Notes: generated by a model not told the origin, from the letters alone. Positions 9,056 to 19,325 are shown, counted from the stretch's first letter. The stretch: DNA of 64,000 nucleotides from Bacilli bacterium (GCA_017525035.1 JAFXTH010000023.1:115687-179686); one strand, 5' to 3'. Made by a program: numbers and translations.

Positions 9056-9139
9056 CACAATCACCCTATGATAATAGTATACATTATTTTGGATTCATTA
9101 TAAAGTATAAACTAAAAAAAAGAAGAAATAATTCTTCTT

Positions 9140-10360
9140 TTAATCTAAATGATATATATCATAAATATTATCACTATTATATTTAAATTCATTCTTTTGA
9201 ACTAGTGGTATATCACCATACTTATTATGTCTATATATCTTATCTTCTTTTATATAATAAATGTCTTCATTTACGACGATAACTTCTCTTGCATCTTCTG
9301 CATCAAATAAGTAAATAGGATTATTTAAGTATTTCTTATAAACCTTATAATACACATCGCCCTTTTTGTATACTGCATAATTTGTTCCTAAATAAATTTC
9401 ATCATAATCGATGGAATCATATGCTGTTGTATCAGGTGTAAAATAAACATTATTCTCAGCAAGCTCATAATTAGATACTTTTGTTTCTTTACCTTTTACG
9501 TAAACTATTGATTCAGAATCTGTCGAAACGACTTCAACCTCATCACTGTAAGGATCTATTGTATATTGTTTCATATCACTCTTATCAAATAAATATAATT
9601 TATCATCATAAACACCATTTATGTATGTTTGTTTAGAAAATCCAGGTACTATTATTTCTTTCTTTAAATCTGTCTCTAAATCATATTTAATGTAAGTATT
9701 AAGTGTGGCACTTTCAGTTAATTTAGGTATTACATAATATTTACCTACTCTCATACCAATTGTATTTTTATAATTATCTAAAGTTGAAAATACAAAATAA
9801 TCACTATTGAATTGTTTATGAAGTACTACTCTTTTATAGTCATAAATAATAAATAACTCATTTTCTTGCAAATAATCTTTATTTACGTTAATACCACTGT
9901 CACTTCTAACATTACTTTTCTCCTGATATTTTTTATAATCGAAATTAGGAAGTTTTGCTAAGAATTCATTAATATTATGTTGCTGCATTGTATAAGAATA
10001 TGTGTATATTTTATCTTCTACTTTACAAAGAGGTTCTGTGTCTTGCTCTTTGTTTAAAAATTCAAGTGATATACAATAAATTTCTCCATCACTGTAAGTT
10101 ATTACATCTTTTACTATTTCTCTTTGTTTGTTATAGTTGTTCTTTACATCAAAGACAAATGAATTGTTTTTAGAATCAGTGACTCTTATTAAATAAGTAT
10201 CATTATTTTCGTATGAATAATCTTCTTCTATTTTATAAGAATCTGATTCATTTTCTACATTATATTGAACACTATGTTCTTTTTTTATAAAGTTAATACC
10301 AACTTGGTATATTAACAATAGTACCAAAACTATTACTGAAAATGAAATAGCTTTTTTCAT
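9140..10360 (-). CDS. N-terminally anchored extracytoplasmic protein, function unknown
   Basis: Signal/anchor MKKAISFSVIVLVLLLIY. Repeated Tyr/Asp-rich beta-strand-like segments are present. No catalytic motif recognised. Confidence 0.55.
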   Translation of the reverse strand: MKKAISFSVIVLVLLLIYQVGINFIKKEHSVQYNVENESDSYKIEEDYSYENNDTYLIRVTDSKNNSFVFDVKNNYNKQREIVKDVITYSDGEIYCISLEFLNKEQDTEPLCKVEDKIYTYSYTMQQHNINEFLAKLPNFDYKKYQEKSNVRSDSGINVNKDYLQENELFIIYDYKRVVLHKQFNSDYFVFSTLDNYKNTIGMRVGKYYVIPKLTESATLNTYIKYDLETDLKKEIIVPGFSKQTYINGVYDDKLYLFDKSDMKQYTIDPYSDEVEVVSTDSESIVYVKGKETKVSNYELAENNVYFTPDTTAYDSIDYDEIYLGTNYAVYKKGDVYYKVYKKYLNNPIYLFDAEDAREVIVVNEDIYYIKEDKIYRHNKYGDIPLVQKNEFKYNSDNIYDIYHLD

Positions 10361-10378
10361 ATACTACCAACACCTTTA

Positions 10379-11299
10379 CTATATATTTAACAAAAATATT
10401 TCAAATAATATATTTCCTCTTCCTAGACCACTTTTTGATTTGTAGTCTATATCAGCTAAAGTATTAAGAAAAGATAACAACTTTTTTGTACTATAGTTAT
10501 TACAATTTTCTAGTGCCATTGTAACAGCATAAGGTTTAACTCCCAAAATAGTAGCTATGTCTTGTGGTTTGTATTTCTTTTCGGTTAATATTTTAACGCT
10601 GTAAAGCATTCTTATTTGGCTTGAAATACTAGCAATAATATTAACTGAATCCTTTTCTTTTTTAGATATTCTTGTATACAAATCAAATGCTCTATCTTTA
10701 TTTTTTGCTGCTATAGCATTTACTAAATCATAAATATCTTCATCATAATCCCTTATTGCTATATTATCTATATCTTCTTTAGTTATATTCTTGTCGTTTT
10801 CACTCATTTTATAACATTTAATTTTATCAAGTTCATTTAAAATCTTCTCATTGTTATTTAAACAATAATCTGCTAGATACTTAATAGTTCTACTATCCAT
10901 TACGTAACCTTCCAAATTATTTTTAATTAATAATTCTGAAGATACTTTATTACTTAATAATTCAATATTACATTTAAATATATCTTTCTTATCATCAATA
11001 ACATCATTTATCATTACAAAGTAATTATCACTAGGATTCATTACATATTTCTTTAGTTCATCTAATCCTTTATCTTTATCTTTAGATAAGAAAGAGCAAT
11101 TATTATAAACAATTAATTTAATATTAGATAAAAAATTATATGTATTTAATTCTTCTAATACTGTACTTATAGATACATCTGGATAATCATATTTTATTAT
11201 CTCAAAGTCTTTTAATTTGTTATCTTTAATAATTTTATTAATATAATTATCTATGGTAACTTTGTCATCCGAAACAATAATATAATTATTAGTCATCAT
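10379..11299 (-). CDS. holA: DNA polymerase III delta subunit
   Basis: The C-terminal half aligns by eye with B. subtilis HolA: DIYDLVNAIAAKNKDRAFDLY..., IASISSQIRMLY..., LGVKPYAV..., DYKSKSG...ILFEIFLL. Confidence 0.75.
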   Translation of the reverse strand: MMTNNYIIVSDDKVTIDNYINKIIKDNKLKDFEIIKYDYPDVSISTVLEELNTYNFLSNIKLIVYNNCSFLSKDKDKGLDELKKYVMNPSDNYFVMINDVIDDKKDIFKCNIELLSNKVSSELLIKNNLEGYVMDSRTIKYLADYCLNNNEKILNELDKIKCYKMSENDKNITKEDIDNIAIRDYDEDIYDLVNAIAAKNKDRAFDLYTRISKKEKDSVNIIASISSQIRMLYSVKILTEKKYKPQDIATILGVKPYAVTMALENCNNYSTKKLLSFLNTLADIDYKSKSGLGRGNILFEIFLLNI

Positions 11300-11735
11300 T
11301 ATCCTTTGATTCTCTTGGATATTTCCTCTTTAATCTCATCATGTTTTCGCTTATATTTGTTTCGACTTCTTCCATAGCTGCTTTATCAATATTGGAGAAT
11401 ACAATTACTTCTTTTACAGTATCTATAATTACTTTTCCCCAAATTATTCTTGTTCTTATATTCATATCATTGTACATATATGGCATTACGGAATCAAGTG
11501 CATATCCAAAACATACTCTTTTTCTTCCGATTAATATTCTTTGGTTTGTAATAGCAATTACACCAGTTGAAAAGAAATCGTAAAATTTGGCATTTTTTTG
11601 CCCAACAAAAACATACTTAACAACTTCATCTGGATTTAAATGTCTTTCAACTATGTCGCTGTTAGCTTTTAATCTCCATGCGACTGTTAAAGGATATTTC
11701 TTTTTAAATTTTTTTGCTTCAGAATAAATGCTCAT
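11289..11735 (-). CDS. Bacterial PH-domain-like protein
   Basis: Pattern VKYVFVGQKN...GVIAITNQRILIGRK resembles bPH/YokE-like domains. RBS GAGGTGA is present. Its stop overlaps the holA start. Confidence 0.4.
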   Translation of the reverse strand: MSIYSEAKKFKKKYPLTVAWRLKANSDIVERHLNPDEVVKYVFVGQKNAKFYDFFSTGVIAITNQRILIGRKRVCFGYALDSVMPYMYNDMNIRTRIIWGKVIIDTVKEVIVFSNIDKAAMEEVETNISENMMRLKRKYPRESKDNDD

Positions 11736-11748
11736 ATAATCACCTCAT

Positions 11749-12369
11749 TTATAGAATATTACTTATAATATCATCTATTAATTTGATTAATCCATCAAAT
11801 AAACCTACTATGAAATCTATTATTATTTCAAAGAAGTTTTTAGATCTTTCCTCTTTTTCTTCTTCTTTCTTTGGTTCAACTTTTTCTTCTTCGTTTTTCC
11901 AAATACCTAACTTTTTCTCCTTAGCATATGAAAGAGCTGATTTCAATTCTTTTGCGTGTAAATAGTCATCATTTATATAAACAACTTTAGCATATCCTTG
12001 TTTTACTAAGTCTTCCTGCAATAGAACACCATCAATATATACCCACGCTTGAATTCTTCCATATTTATCTTCTCTTTCAATGTTAGGTTCATATTCTATT
12101 TTGATTTTTTTTGCACTTTTAAGTGCATCACATACATAATCTTTTACGAAACTATCATTTACTTCGTTTGTCTTTTCATCTATTATGTTTTCTGCTGCTT
12201 CTATACCCAAAAACTTTACTTTTATTTCAGTAAGTCTTAACATAAATCGAGCAGAATTACCATCTACGCAGTTACTTAACGATACTTCGTCAGAAGTAGA
12301 TTGGCTAGCCATTACATTAATAGGTAAAATGAGTAACATTATCATTAATATTATGGTTAACTTTTTCAT
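11749..12369 (-). CDS. Secreted thermonuclease (staphylococcal nuclease, SNase family)
   Basis: Signal peptide MKKLTIILMIMLLILPINVMA. SNase-like blocks VKFLGIEAAE, YGRIQAWVYIDGVLLQEDLVKQGYAKV and AKEKKLGIW. The start is trimmed to the ATG at 12369 after AGAGGTGAG. Confidence 0.75.
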   Translation of the reverse strand: MKKLTIILMIMLLILPINVMASQSTSDEVSLSNCVDGNSARFMLRLTEIKVKFLGIEAAENIIDEKTNEVNDSFVKDYVCDALKSAKKIKIEYEPNIEREDKYGRIQAWVYIDGVLLQEDLVKQGYAKVVYINDDYLHAKELKSALSYAKEKKLGIWKNEEEKVEPKKEEEKEERSKNFFEIIIDFIVGLFDGLIKLIDDIISNIL

Positions 12370-12392
12370 AATCTCACCTCTATTCATTTACA

Positions 12393-15149
12393 TTAGTCAT
12401 CGAAGAAATCATCAAAGAATTTTTCTTCAACTTCTTTGTCATCAAGTTTTATTGTACTAGTAGGCTTGAATCCACTTTGAGCCATTTTTTGTTGTTCGTA
12501 AGTCACTGTACTTTCTGTTGGCGCTTCATAATAGTTATTTGAAACAGTTTGAACTGGCTCTGTTGCAACCATTATTGGCTCTTCTTTTTCTATATTATTA
12601 ATCTGATTATTAGCTTCTATTTCTAGTCTTCTATTAATTTCGTCAGCTTTGTTTTCAACAAACTCTGCTTCTTTATCAATTAAATCGTTAGATAACTTTT
12701 CATTAACTTTTCTTTCAATGTCTTCATTTGACAAAATTAATTCTTCATCTAATAATTCAACATTATCTCTTTTATTGTATTCACTGATAGACTTTGGTTT
12801 TTGATGATTTGCAAGTCTATTGTATACTTTCTCTTCGTATGTTGGAACATTCTTCTTGCTCTCATATACTGGTGTATAATCATCATATTTTGGCACACTA
12901 GGTGTATAACTATCATATAAATCATCATATATATTTTTATCAACTGGAATAATATCTTCTTCATCATCTGCTTGTGGTTTGATATTAAAATTACTCAAAT
13001 CTATTGATGAAGGATAATCATATTCTTCTTTATTCTTAGTGTTATTGTATGTATTATCAACACTATTGTCAGTATGATTATAATTGTTAACAGTAATATT
13101 ATTAACTACATTTTCTTTTGGCGCACTTGCAGCTTGTGCTTTTTGTGCCGCTTTCTCAGCTTTCTTCTTCTTTGCCTCTTCCTCTTCTCTTTCAATTTCA
13201 GCAAGTTTTTCATCAATTTTCTTAACTAAATCATTAACTGAAATTTCAGGTTGCTTTTTAGGCATAGAATCTTCAAAACTTGAAAAATCCTTACTACCAG
13301 TTGATGGTCTTTCTCCACCAAAAGATGATCCAAGAATTGTTGGTTTGCTTCCACCACTTACTTCGCTTGATGAACTGCTATTACTACTGCTGCTACTTCC
13401 ACCACCAATGCTTGCCATCATTTCATTTATTTTTTGATTTTTCTTTTCTTTAACATATTCTCTTATATCAAATATTTGAACTGGTCTTTTTTCTCTTACT
13501 GGGTAATCAATTTTAGGAGATTTTTCATTTCCCCAGTCTATTTTAAAATCAGGCACAAATGATGTCTTGAATGGACTTTTTCTCATTCTTAACAAGATAT
13601 GGTCGAATTGTTTCATTCTTTGTAAGTCACTTACTGTAACTAGTGGTGTTGAAGCTGTCTTATCATCTTTTTTAGACTTCTTCTCTCCACAAAGTTTACT
13701 TATTTCTTCTAGAGCTGCTAACTCTGTTGAAATTAAGTAAATAATGTTACCATAGTTACCTTTGATAGTTTCTGCATCGTCCTTACCATAAACTTTATTT
13801 AATTGTGCAAAGTTTTGGATAATCATTGTAAATCTTATTTGTCTTGAACGTGCTGCTGTAATCATTGTTGTAACGTCTTTTAATGGTGGCATGTTAGCAA
13901 ACTCATCTAGTAAGAAGTTTGTTCTACATGGTAATTTACCACCGTGTGCTTGAGCAACATCAATTAATGTTTCATATACTTGTTTAATAAAAATTGTTGC
14001 AAGTGAGTGATATGTTTTCTTTTCGTCTTGAATGATTATAAATACTGCAGTTGGTTGAGTACCAATTGAGTCAAGTTTAAAATCACTATAACTTAACATT
14101 TCAGATAAGTTTTCACGTGATGCGAACAATTTTACTTTTTGTTTAAATACAGAAATAATACCACCTTTTGTTTCACTAGGTGCCATTACTGTACCACTGG
14201 CATTAACGTATGCTGCACTAGATGGATCTTTAGTATTAAAGTATTCCTTAATATAAGTTGATCCACCGAATTTATCTTCACCAACAGTAGCAGTCATATT
14301 AATACTGTTGATATTTATCTTATCTTCTGTTGTATCTTCAAACATTGCAAGTGCAATACCAGAGAAATAGTCAGCTGCTGTTTTTTCCCAGAATGGATCG
14401 CTATTTGCATTTGTTTCATCATACAAAATATTTAATGCAAGGTCATCAAGTAACTCAATTGCTTTATCTTGATTTCCTTCTTTATAAAGTCTATATGGTA
14501 ATTCAAGTGGGTTCCAAGTATTACCATTTTGAGGATTACGGAAGTTTAATAACAAGATATTGTATCCTTTTTCTTTTAATAATCCTCCAGCTTTTTCAAA
14601 AATTTCACCTTTAGGGTCAGTAACAACTACAGACTCACCCTTTTTAGCTAAAACTTTAATTGTTGGTAAAATAGTATCTTGTGTTTTACCTGATCCAGTA
14701 GCACCCATAACTAATGTATGATACTCACCATTATCAACCCATAATTCTTTACCATTACTGATTAATGGTACTCCAGCATATTCTGATTTAGGATCAGATG
14801 CTACAACTCTTTTGATATTTGTATCATTTTTAATATCTTTTGGTTTAGACCAATCACTATAACCACCAGTGTTTCCATCACCAATTTTGAATCCTACTCC
14901 ACTTTCAAATTCAAAGAAATATGATTTAACACTTAAGAGTAATCCAAGAAGTGCAATGAAATATAAAATCAATGTAGCAGCAATTTTATCAGGATAAAAA
15001 GCTTCTATAGGATTTAAACCATAGAACTTACCTGTTGAAGATAGTACTGGAATATTAACTACTCCTAGTGCTACTATATATAATAAAAATATTGCAAATA
15101 TTAAGAATATTTTAATATCTCTTGCTGTTGCAACGAACTTAAATTTCAT
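12393..15149 (-). CDS. virD4: Type IV coupling protein (VirD4/TraG family) with about 345-aa low-complexity C-terminal tail
   Basis: Two N-terminal TM segments. Walker A VMGATGSGKTQ, then VVTDPKGEI and NTWNPLE. Walker B FLLDEFANM, then RSRQIRFTMIIQNFAQLNKVYG. The start is trimmed to the ATG at 15149. Confidence 0.9.
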   Translation of the reverse strand: MKFKFVATARDIKIFLIFAIFLLYIVALGVVNIPVLSSTGKFYGLNPIEAFYPDKIAATLILYFIALLGLLLSVKSYFFEFESGVGFKIGDGNTGGYSDWSKPKDIKNDTNIKRVVASDPKSEYAGVPLISNGKELWVDNGEYHTLVMGATGSGKTQDTILPTIKVLAKKGESVVVTDPKGEIFEKAGGLLKEKGYNILLLNFRNPQNGNTWNPLELPYRLYKEGNQDKAIELLDDLALNILYDETNANSDPFWEKTAADYFSGIALAMFEDTTEDKININSINMTATVGEDKFGGSTYIKEYFNTKDPSSAAYVNASGTVMAPSETKGGIISVFKQKVKLFASRENLSEMLSYSDFKLDSIGTQPTAVFIIIQDEKKTYHSLATIFIKQVYETLIDVAQAHGGKLPCRTNFLLDEFANMPPLKDVTTMITAARSRQIRFTMIIQNFAQLNKVYGKDDAETIKGNYGNIIYLISTELAALEEISKLCGEKKSKKDDKTASTPLVTVSDLQRMKQFDHILLRMRKSPFKTSFVPDFKIDWGNEKSPKIDYPVREKRPVQIFDIREYVKEKKNQKINEMMASIGGGSSSSSNSSSSSEVSGGSKPTILGSSFGGERPSTGSKDFSSFEDSMPKKQPEISVNDLVKKIDEKLAEIEREEEEAKKKKAEKAAQKAQAASAPKENVVNNITVNNYNHTDNSVDNTYNNTKNKEEYDYPSSIDLSNFNIKPQADDEEDIIPVDKNIYDDLYDSYTPSVPKYDDYTPVYESKKNVPTYEEKVYNRLANHQKPKSISEYNKRDNVELLDEELILSNEDIERKVNEKLSNDLIDKEAEFVENKADEINRRLEIEANNQINNIEKEEPIMVATEPVQTVSNNYYEAPTESTVTYEQQKMAQSGFKPTSTIKLDDKEVEEKFFDDFFDD

Positions 15150-15216
15150 AATAAACACTTCCTTAAACTCTTTTAATCATACCATAAAAGTCTTTATTTT
15201 TCAATAAAATGGCCTA

Positions 15217-15942
15217 TTATAGTCTGTTAATATTTTTCTTTTTAATAGACAATGAATAACTTATAAATGAGATACATAAAATTACTAATAATACAATTAA
15301 AAGTATAGTTATTTTAATCTTGCTGTTTTCTTCCTCTTGTGTATCACTAGATTTCTCTTTTGTATTAAGAGTTATATATAGTTTTTTACCCTTATTAGAT
15401 TTTTTTACGTTCCATGTATACTCATTTTCACCAGTTTTTTCAGCATTTGTCGTTAATACTTCATATTCCGTTTTTACCTTTATGTTAATATCATCTAATA
15501 TTTCATAATCGTTAAATATATTTTCTGGAATTTTCCCTTCTATAGTAAGCTTATTATCATCATAGAAAACTGAAAAAGCTGAAATATATTCATTTGCTAA
15601 CGTTGAATTTGCATAACTTTCAAACGTAAAGTCATCTGTTAGTATAAGCGCAATTTCATTATTGTCAACTATTCCATCAATTTTATAGTATTTGCAGTTT
15701 TCTGTGCATGCCTCATTAGAAAATACCATATCATAGTCTGAATAGATATTTTCACTACCTTTATACATAGTTACATAGTCTTGAAAACTCTTTCCATCTT
15801 CTTTTTTTTGATTTGCTCTTTCTATATCAGTTTCTTGAGCATCAAATGTTTCAATTATTTTATTATCTTTTATTTCAATTGTGTAATTAACAGTACATCC
15901 TGTCATAAAAATTGCTAATAATATTAATATTATTTTTTTCAT
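15217..15942 (-). CDS. Lipoprotein with C-terminal TM anchor, T4SS-associated, function unknown
   Basis: Lipobox LAIFMTGC and C-terminal hydrophobic segment ILLIVLLVILCISFISY. The start is trimmed to the ATG at 15942 after AGGTGA. Confidence 0.55.
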   Translation of the reverse strand: MKKIILILLAIFMTGCTVNYTIEIKDNKIIETFDAQETDIERANQKKEDGKSFQDYVTMYKGSENIYSDYDMVFSNEACTENCKYYKIDGIVDNNEIALILTDDFTFESYANSTLANEYISAFSVFYDDNKLTIEGKIPENIFNDYEILDDINIKVKTEYEVLTTNAEKTGENEYTWNVKKSNKGKKLYITLNTKEKSSDTQEEENSKIKITILLIVLLVILCISFISYSLSIKKKNINRL

Positions 15943-15950
15943 ATTATCAC

Positions 15951-18900
15951 CTACCAAGATAGACCATTTACATTACTTGAATTAGAATAGTAACCATCAA
16001 GTAATACTACTACGTAAGTTTTACTTCCGTTTTTCAATTCATTAAAGCTTATTTTTCTTGTCTTTCTTCCATTTTCTCCAATAGTAATACTACTATCATC
16101 TTTTCCAACAATCAACATAGCATGCTGTCCATCACCATTATTGTCGGAATATAGCACATCTCCTGGTTTTATTGCTGCTATTGCTTCATCTTTAGTAGAT
16201 ATTGAAGTTTCTGCACTATTGCTCATTACTTTAAATGTTCCAGAAGTTTGAATCCTTACTGCTCCTGGATAATAATTTGTATTAGTAAATGCTCCTGTCA
16301 TTGATCTAGCACCCGCAGATCCTTGACTACACATATTCATTCCACCATTGCAGAAAGACCATCTTACAAAGTTTGCACAATTAAGTCCTAATCTAACTGG
16401 TGGAGCGCATGTATCACATGTTCCTCCAACTTCTCCCCATCTACTATTAACACCTAACTTACCGTTTAAGTCTGCTTGTCCGATTTTTCCTCCAGAATGG
16501 TCATATGGATAAGTATAGCCACCAGTCATATCCATTGTACATTGCATTAGGCCAACACCTGCTGCAACAACACCGGCTCTTGTTCCATAACCAGCACTGT
16601 TTACTTTATCACCAATACACTTATTTAAATCTTCAATTGTATATCCCTTTGCTGCTAAAGCTTGCTTAAGTGTTGTATTAAGTGGAGATCCACCTATTAC
16701 GTCAGTGAATCCATTACCATCGAAATCACTATTACCACTACCAGTTGGTGTACTATCATTACTTTTATCTTTATCAAGTGAGTCTACTTTTTTACATTTT
16801 CCTATTGGTAATGAACTTCTTAATACCCTTAATTGAGCTGTTGGAAAGAATAGTCTTATTAAAGCATCTTGATCATATCCCATTGCTCCAAAGTAAGTTA
16901 ATCCATATTGGCTAGCTCCTCTTCCATGTCCACCATAAACATGATATGACCAACCATATTCTGTAACATATTGTTGAGTAGCTTCATCATATTTTTCTCT
17001 TGTGTATGTTTCTGTTTTCCAACATGGATATTCACTTGATTTACTAGGTGTTGTTTGAGCTGGATCTCCACCAGCCCATGATGGCTCAGTTGTCCAATCA
17101 GGTGCGTATCTAATATTCTTTCTGTTAATTATTTCATCATGTGGTCTTGAATCATTATTTCTAAAACATGGACAATACAAATATCTACTATTTGGGTCAA
17201 TGAATTCTTTTCCTGTTTTAGCTTTATATGCTTGTACATCTATTGGAAGGCTTTGTTGTCCTTCTGGTAAGTAATACCATTTCCCGCCATCTAATGTATT
17301 CTTAACAGGACAAAATGCATCATATTCTGTATGCCATATTTTATCACTTTGATAATCAGTTATAACAATTCCTCTTGTTGCTTCAACTGCTGCTGCTAGT
17401 CTTGGATACTTTTCTTTTGAATACTCTGGATTATAGTTTTGTCTATTTGAACTATTTTCAATTTCTCCTCTTCCATCAAGTCCAACATTTGCAATCGCCT
17501 CAGTTCTAGCAAGAATTGCAAAAGCCTTTAACGCTTCGTCATTCCCACTATTATATTCTGCTAACAATACTCCACCAAGATATTGATCTTCAAAATCAAT
17601 TTCAATGTGTTCAGGAAGACCAAATCTACTTTGTTTTTCTGGCGGATTATATACTCTTATATTTTCAATTTCATTATCAATTATCTTGTGAACATCATCT
17701 GGATAGTCACAGCTTTTTCTAATTGATAAATAATATGAGTAAATGTATTCTGCTGTACTTAAAATTTTTGGAAGGCTTTGTTCATATAATTTATCTTCAT
17801 CTTCTGTGTTTGCGTCCTTATCATATAAGTAATCTTTAAGATATGTAAATAAGAAGCCATCTCTATTAACTAAATTCCAATAGAATACACCACCACTATT
17901 TGGATCTTTTTCATATTCAACAGATCCATCCTTTTTTGCATATGCAATATATTTTCCTTCATCAAGAGATAATGTATAAACATTTTCTGGCAATCTATTA
18001 TCCTTTTGTGGGGCATCAGTACATACATAATTTTTCTCAGCTTTTTTCCTATCGTTATATCCAGTAAACCAACGCAAAGGATTTAACCATTCCCACCACT
18101 GTAGTTCTTCAACTTCATCATCATTATTGGCATATTGTTCCATAGTTTTTTCACTGCCACATTTACCTTTATTTGTGTATGTTAAAATCTGCATTTTGGA
18201 AAGAAGCTCTGCTTGATCTCCCATACTATCAACGAACTTTTCCCATGTTACATATTCACCATCATATTTATAACATAATGGTTCACCACAAGACTCTCCG
18301 TCAGTAATTTCAGAACTTTTAATAGGATAAATAATCCCGTTATCTATTGGTGCAAGAAGTGTTGCTAATATTATATACTGATCAACTTCAAGTTTATATG
18401 TATTACTTGTTTTCTTTACTGCAGCAGAAATTTCTTCATATAATCCTGGATAAGTTGCAAATATGTTTGTACCTGCGTCTTCATATTTATAATCTTCTGA
18501 TTCTACTGTTCCACCATTTTCGTTAGAATATATTTGTGTATCTGCATCTTTAAAAAGTATTACTATTACTAACACTAATAGTATTATTACGATTATTGGT
18601 AATAGATGTAATACTAGGAAAAAGATTGCTCTTTTTTTTGCTTGTTCTTTTTCAATTTCAACGATAACATTTTTAATACCAGCTGCTGCACTATCACCTT
18701 TTTCATAGGCATCTATATACTTTTGTCCTTTTTCAGTATCCAGTGCTTTCTCAATGGCATCACCTTTACCAGGCATATAAGTATTAATTCCTTTTTTTAT
18801 TCCTTCTGCTGTTTTGTTTTTATTTTGCTCTGCTCTTTTCTTTTTTAGTCTACCACTAAGAGACTCGGCATTACGAGATTCTTGCGAACTTGCAACACCC

Positions 18901-19325
18901 CTAGAATTATTTTCACCTCTATAACCCAAGTTATTAAAGCCACTTTTTGATCTTCTACCAAAAAAATTTTGGCTATGTCCTTGTCCATTATTAGGTGCTG
19001 AATTTCCTAAGTTTCTTGGAGAGTTATCGCTAGCATTTCCCTTATTACTGTTTCTATTATTTCTATTAAAAAATTTGTTATTTCTATTTGTATCATTTTG
19101 TTGTACACTTTGATTTACTTGATCTATTCTATCATTTACTCTTCTTCGCATATTATCGTATGCATTATTATTGTCATTATTATTTTTAGCCGGTTCGTCC
19201 CTTACTGTTATGTTGGTAGTAGCTGTCATTGGGCTTTGAACTGCTCCTAGATCTTGGATTGCTCCTGGGTTTTGCATTCCTCCTTGATCTTGCGCACCGC
19301 CACTTGCTTGACCTCCTGTAGCCAT
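15951..19325 (-). CDS. Membrane-anchored bifunctional peptidoglycan hydrolase (SpoIID/LytB-like domain plus C-terminal NlpC/P60-like domain)
   Basis: Disordered N-terminal region of about 230 aa, then TM segment FFLVLHLLPIIVIILLVLVIVILF. SpoIID-like blocks ALKAFAILARTEAIANV, ATRGIVITDY and HGRGASQYGLTYFGAMGYD. NlpC/P60-like blocks GLNCANFVRWSF and GDGQHAMLIVG. Confidence 0.8.
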   Translation of the reverse strand: MATGGQASGGAQDQGGMQNPGAIQDLGAVQSPMTATTNITVRDEPAKNNNDNNNAYDNMRRRVNDRIDQVNQSVQQNDTNRNNKFFNRNNRNSNKGNASDNSPRNLGNSAPNNGQGHSQNFFGRRSKSGFNNLGYRGENNSRGVASSQESRNAESLSGRLKKKRAEQNKNKTAEGIKKGINTYMPGKGDAIEKALDTEKGQKYIDAYEKGDSAAAGIKNVIVEIEKEQAKKRAIFFLVLHLLPIIVIILLVLVIVILFKDADTQIYSNENGGTVESEDYKYEDAGTNIFATYPGLYEEISAAVKKTSNTYKLEVDQYIILATLLAPIDNGIIYPIKSSEITDGESCGEPLCYKYDGEYVTWEKFVDSMGDQAELLSKMQILTYTNKGKCGSEKTMEQYANNDDEVEELQWWEWLNPLRWFTGYNDRKKAEKNYVCTDAPQKDNRLPENVYTLSLDEGKYIAYAKKDGSVEYEKDPNSGGVFYWNLVNRDGFLFTYLKDYLYDKDANTEDEDKLYEQSLPKILSTAEYIYSYYLSIRKSCDYPDDVHKIIDNEIENIRVYNPPEKQSRFGLPEHIEIDFEDQYLGGVLLAEYNSGNDEALKAFAILARTEAIANVGLDGRGEIENSSNRQNYNPEYSKEKYPRLAAAVEATRGIVITDYQSDKIWHTEYDAFCPVKNTLDGGKWYYLPEGQQSLPIDVQAYKAKTGKEFIDPNSRYLYCPCFRNNDSRPHDEIINRKNIRYAPDWTTEPSWAGGDPAQTTPSKSSEYPCWKTETYTREKYDEATQQYVTEYGWSYHVYGGHGRGASQYGLTYFGAMGYDQDALIRLFFPTAQLRVLRSSLPIGKCKKVDSLDKDKSNDSTPTGSGNSDFDGNGFTDVIGGSPLNTTLKQALAAKGYTIEDLNKCIGDKVNSAGYGTRAGVVAAGVGLMQCTMDMTGGYTYPYDHSGGKIGQADLNGKLGVNSRWGEVGGTCDTCAPPVRLGLNCANFVRWSFCNGGMNMCSQGSAGARSMTGAFTNTNYYPGAVRIQTSGTFKVMSNSAETSISTKDEAIAAIKPGDVLYSDNNGDGQHAMLIVGKDDSSITIGENGRKTRKISFNELKNGSKTYVVVLLDGYYSNSSNVNGLSW

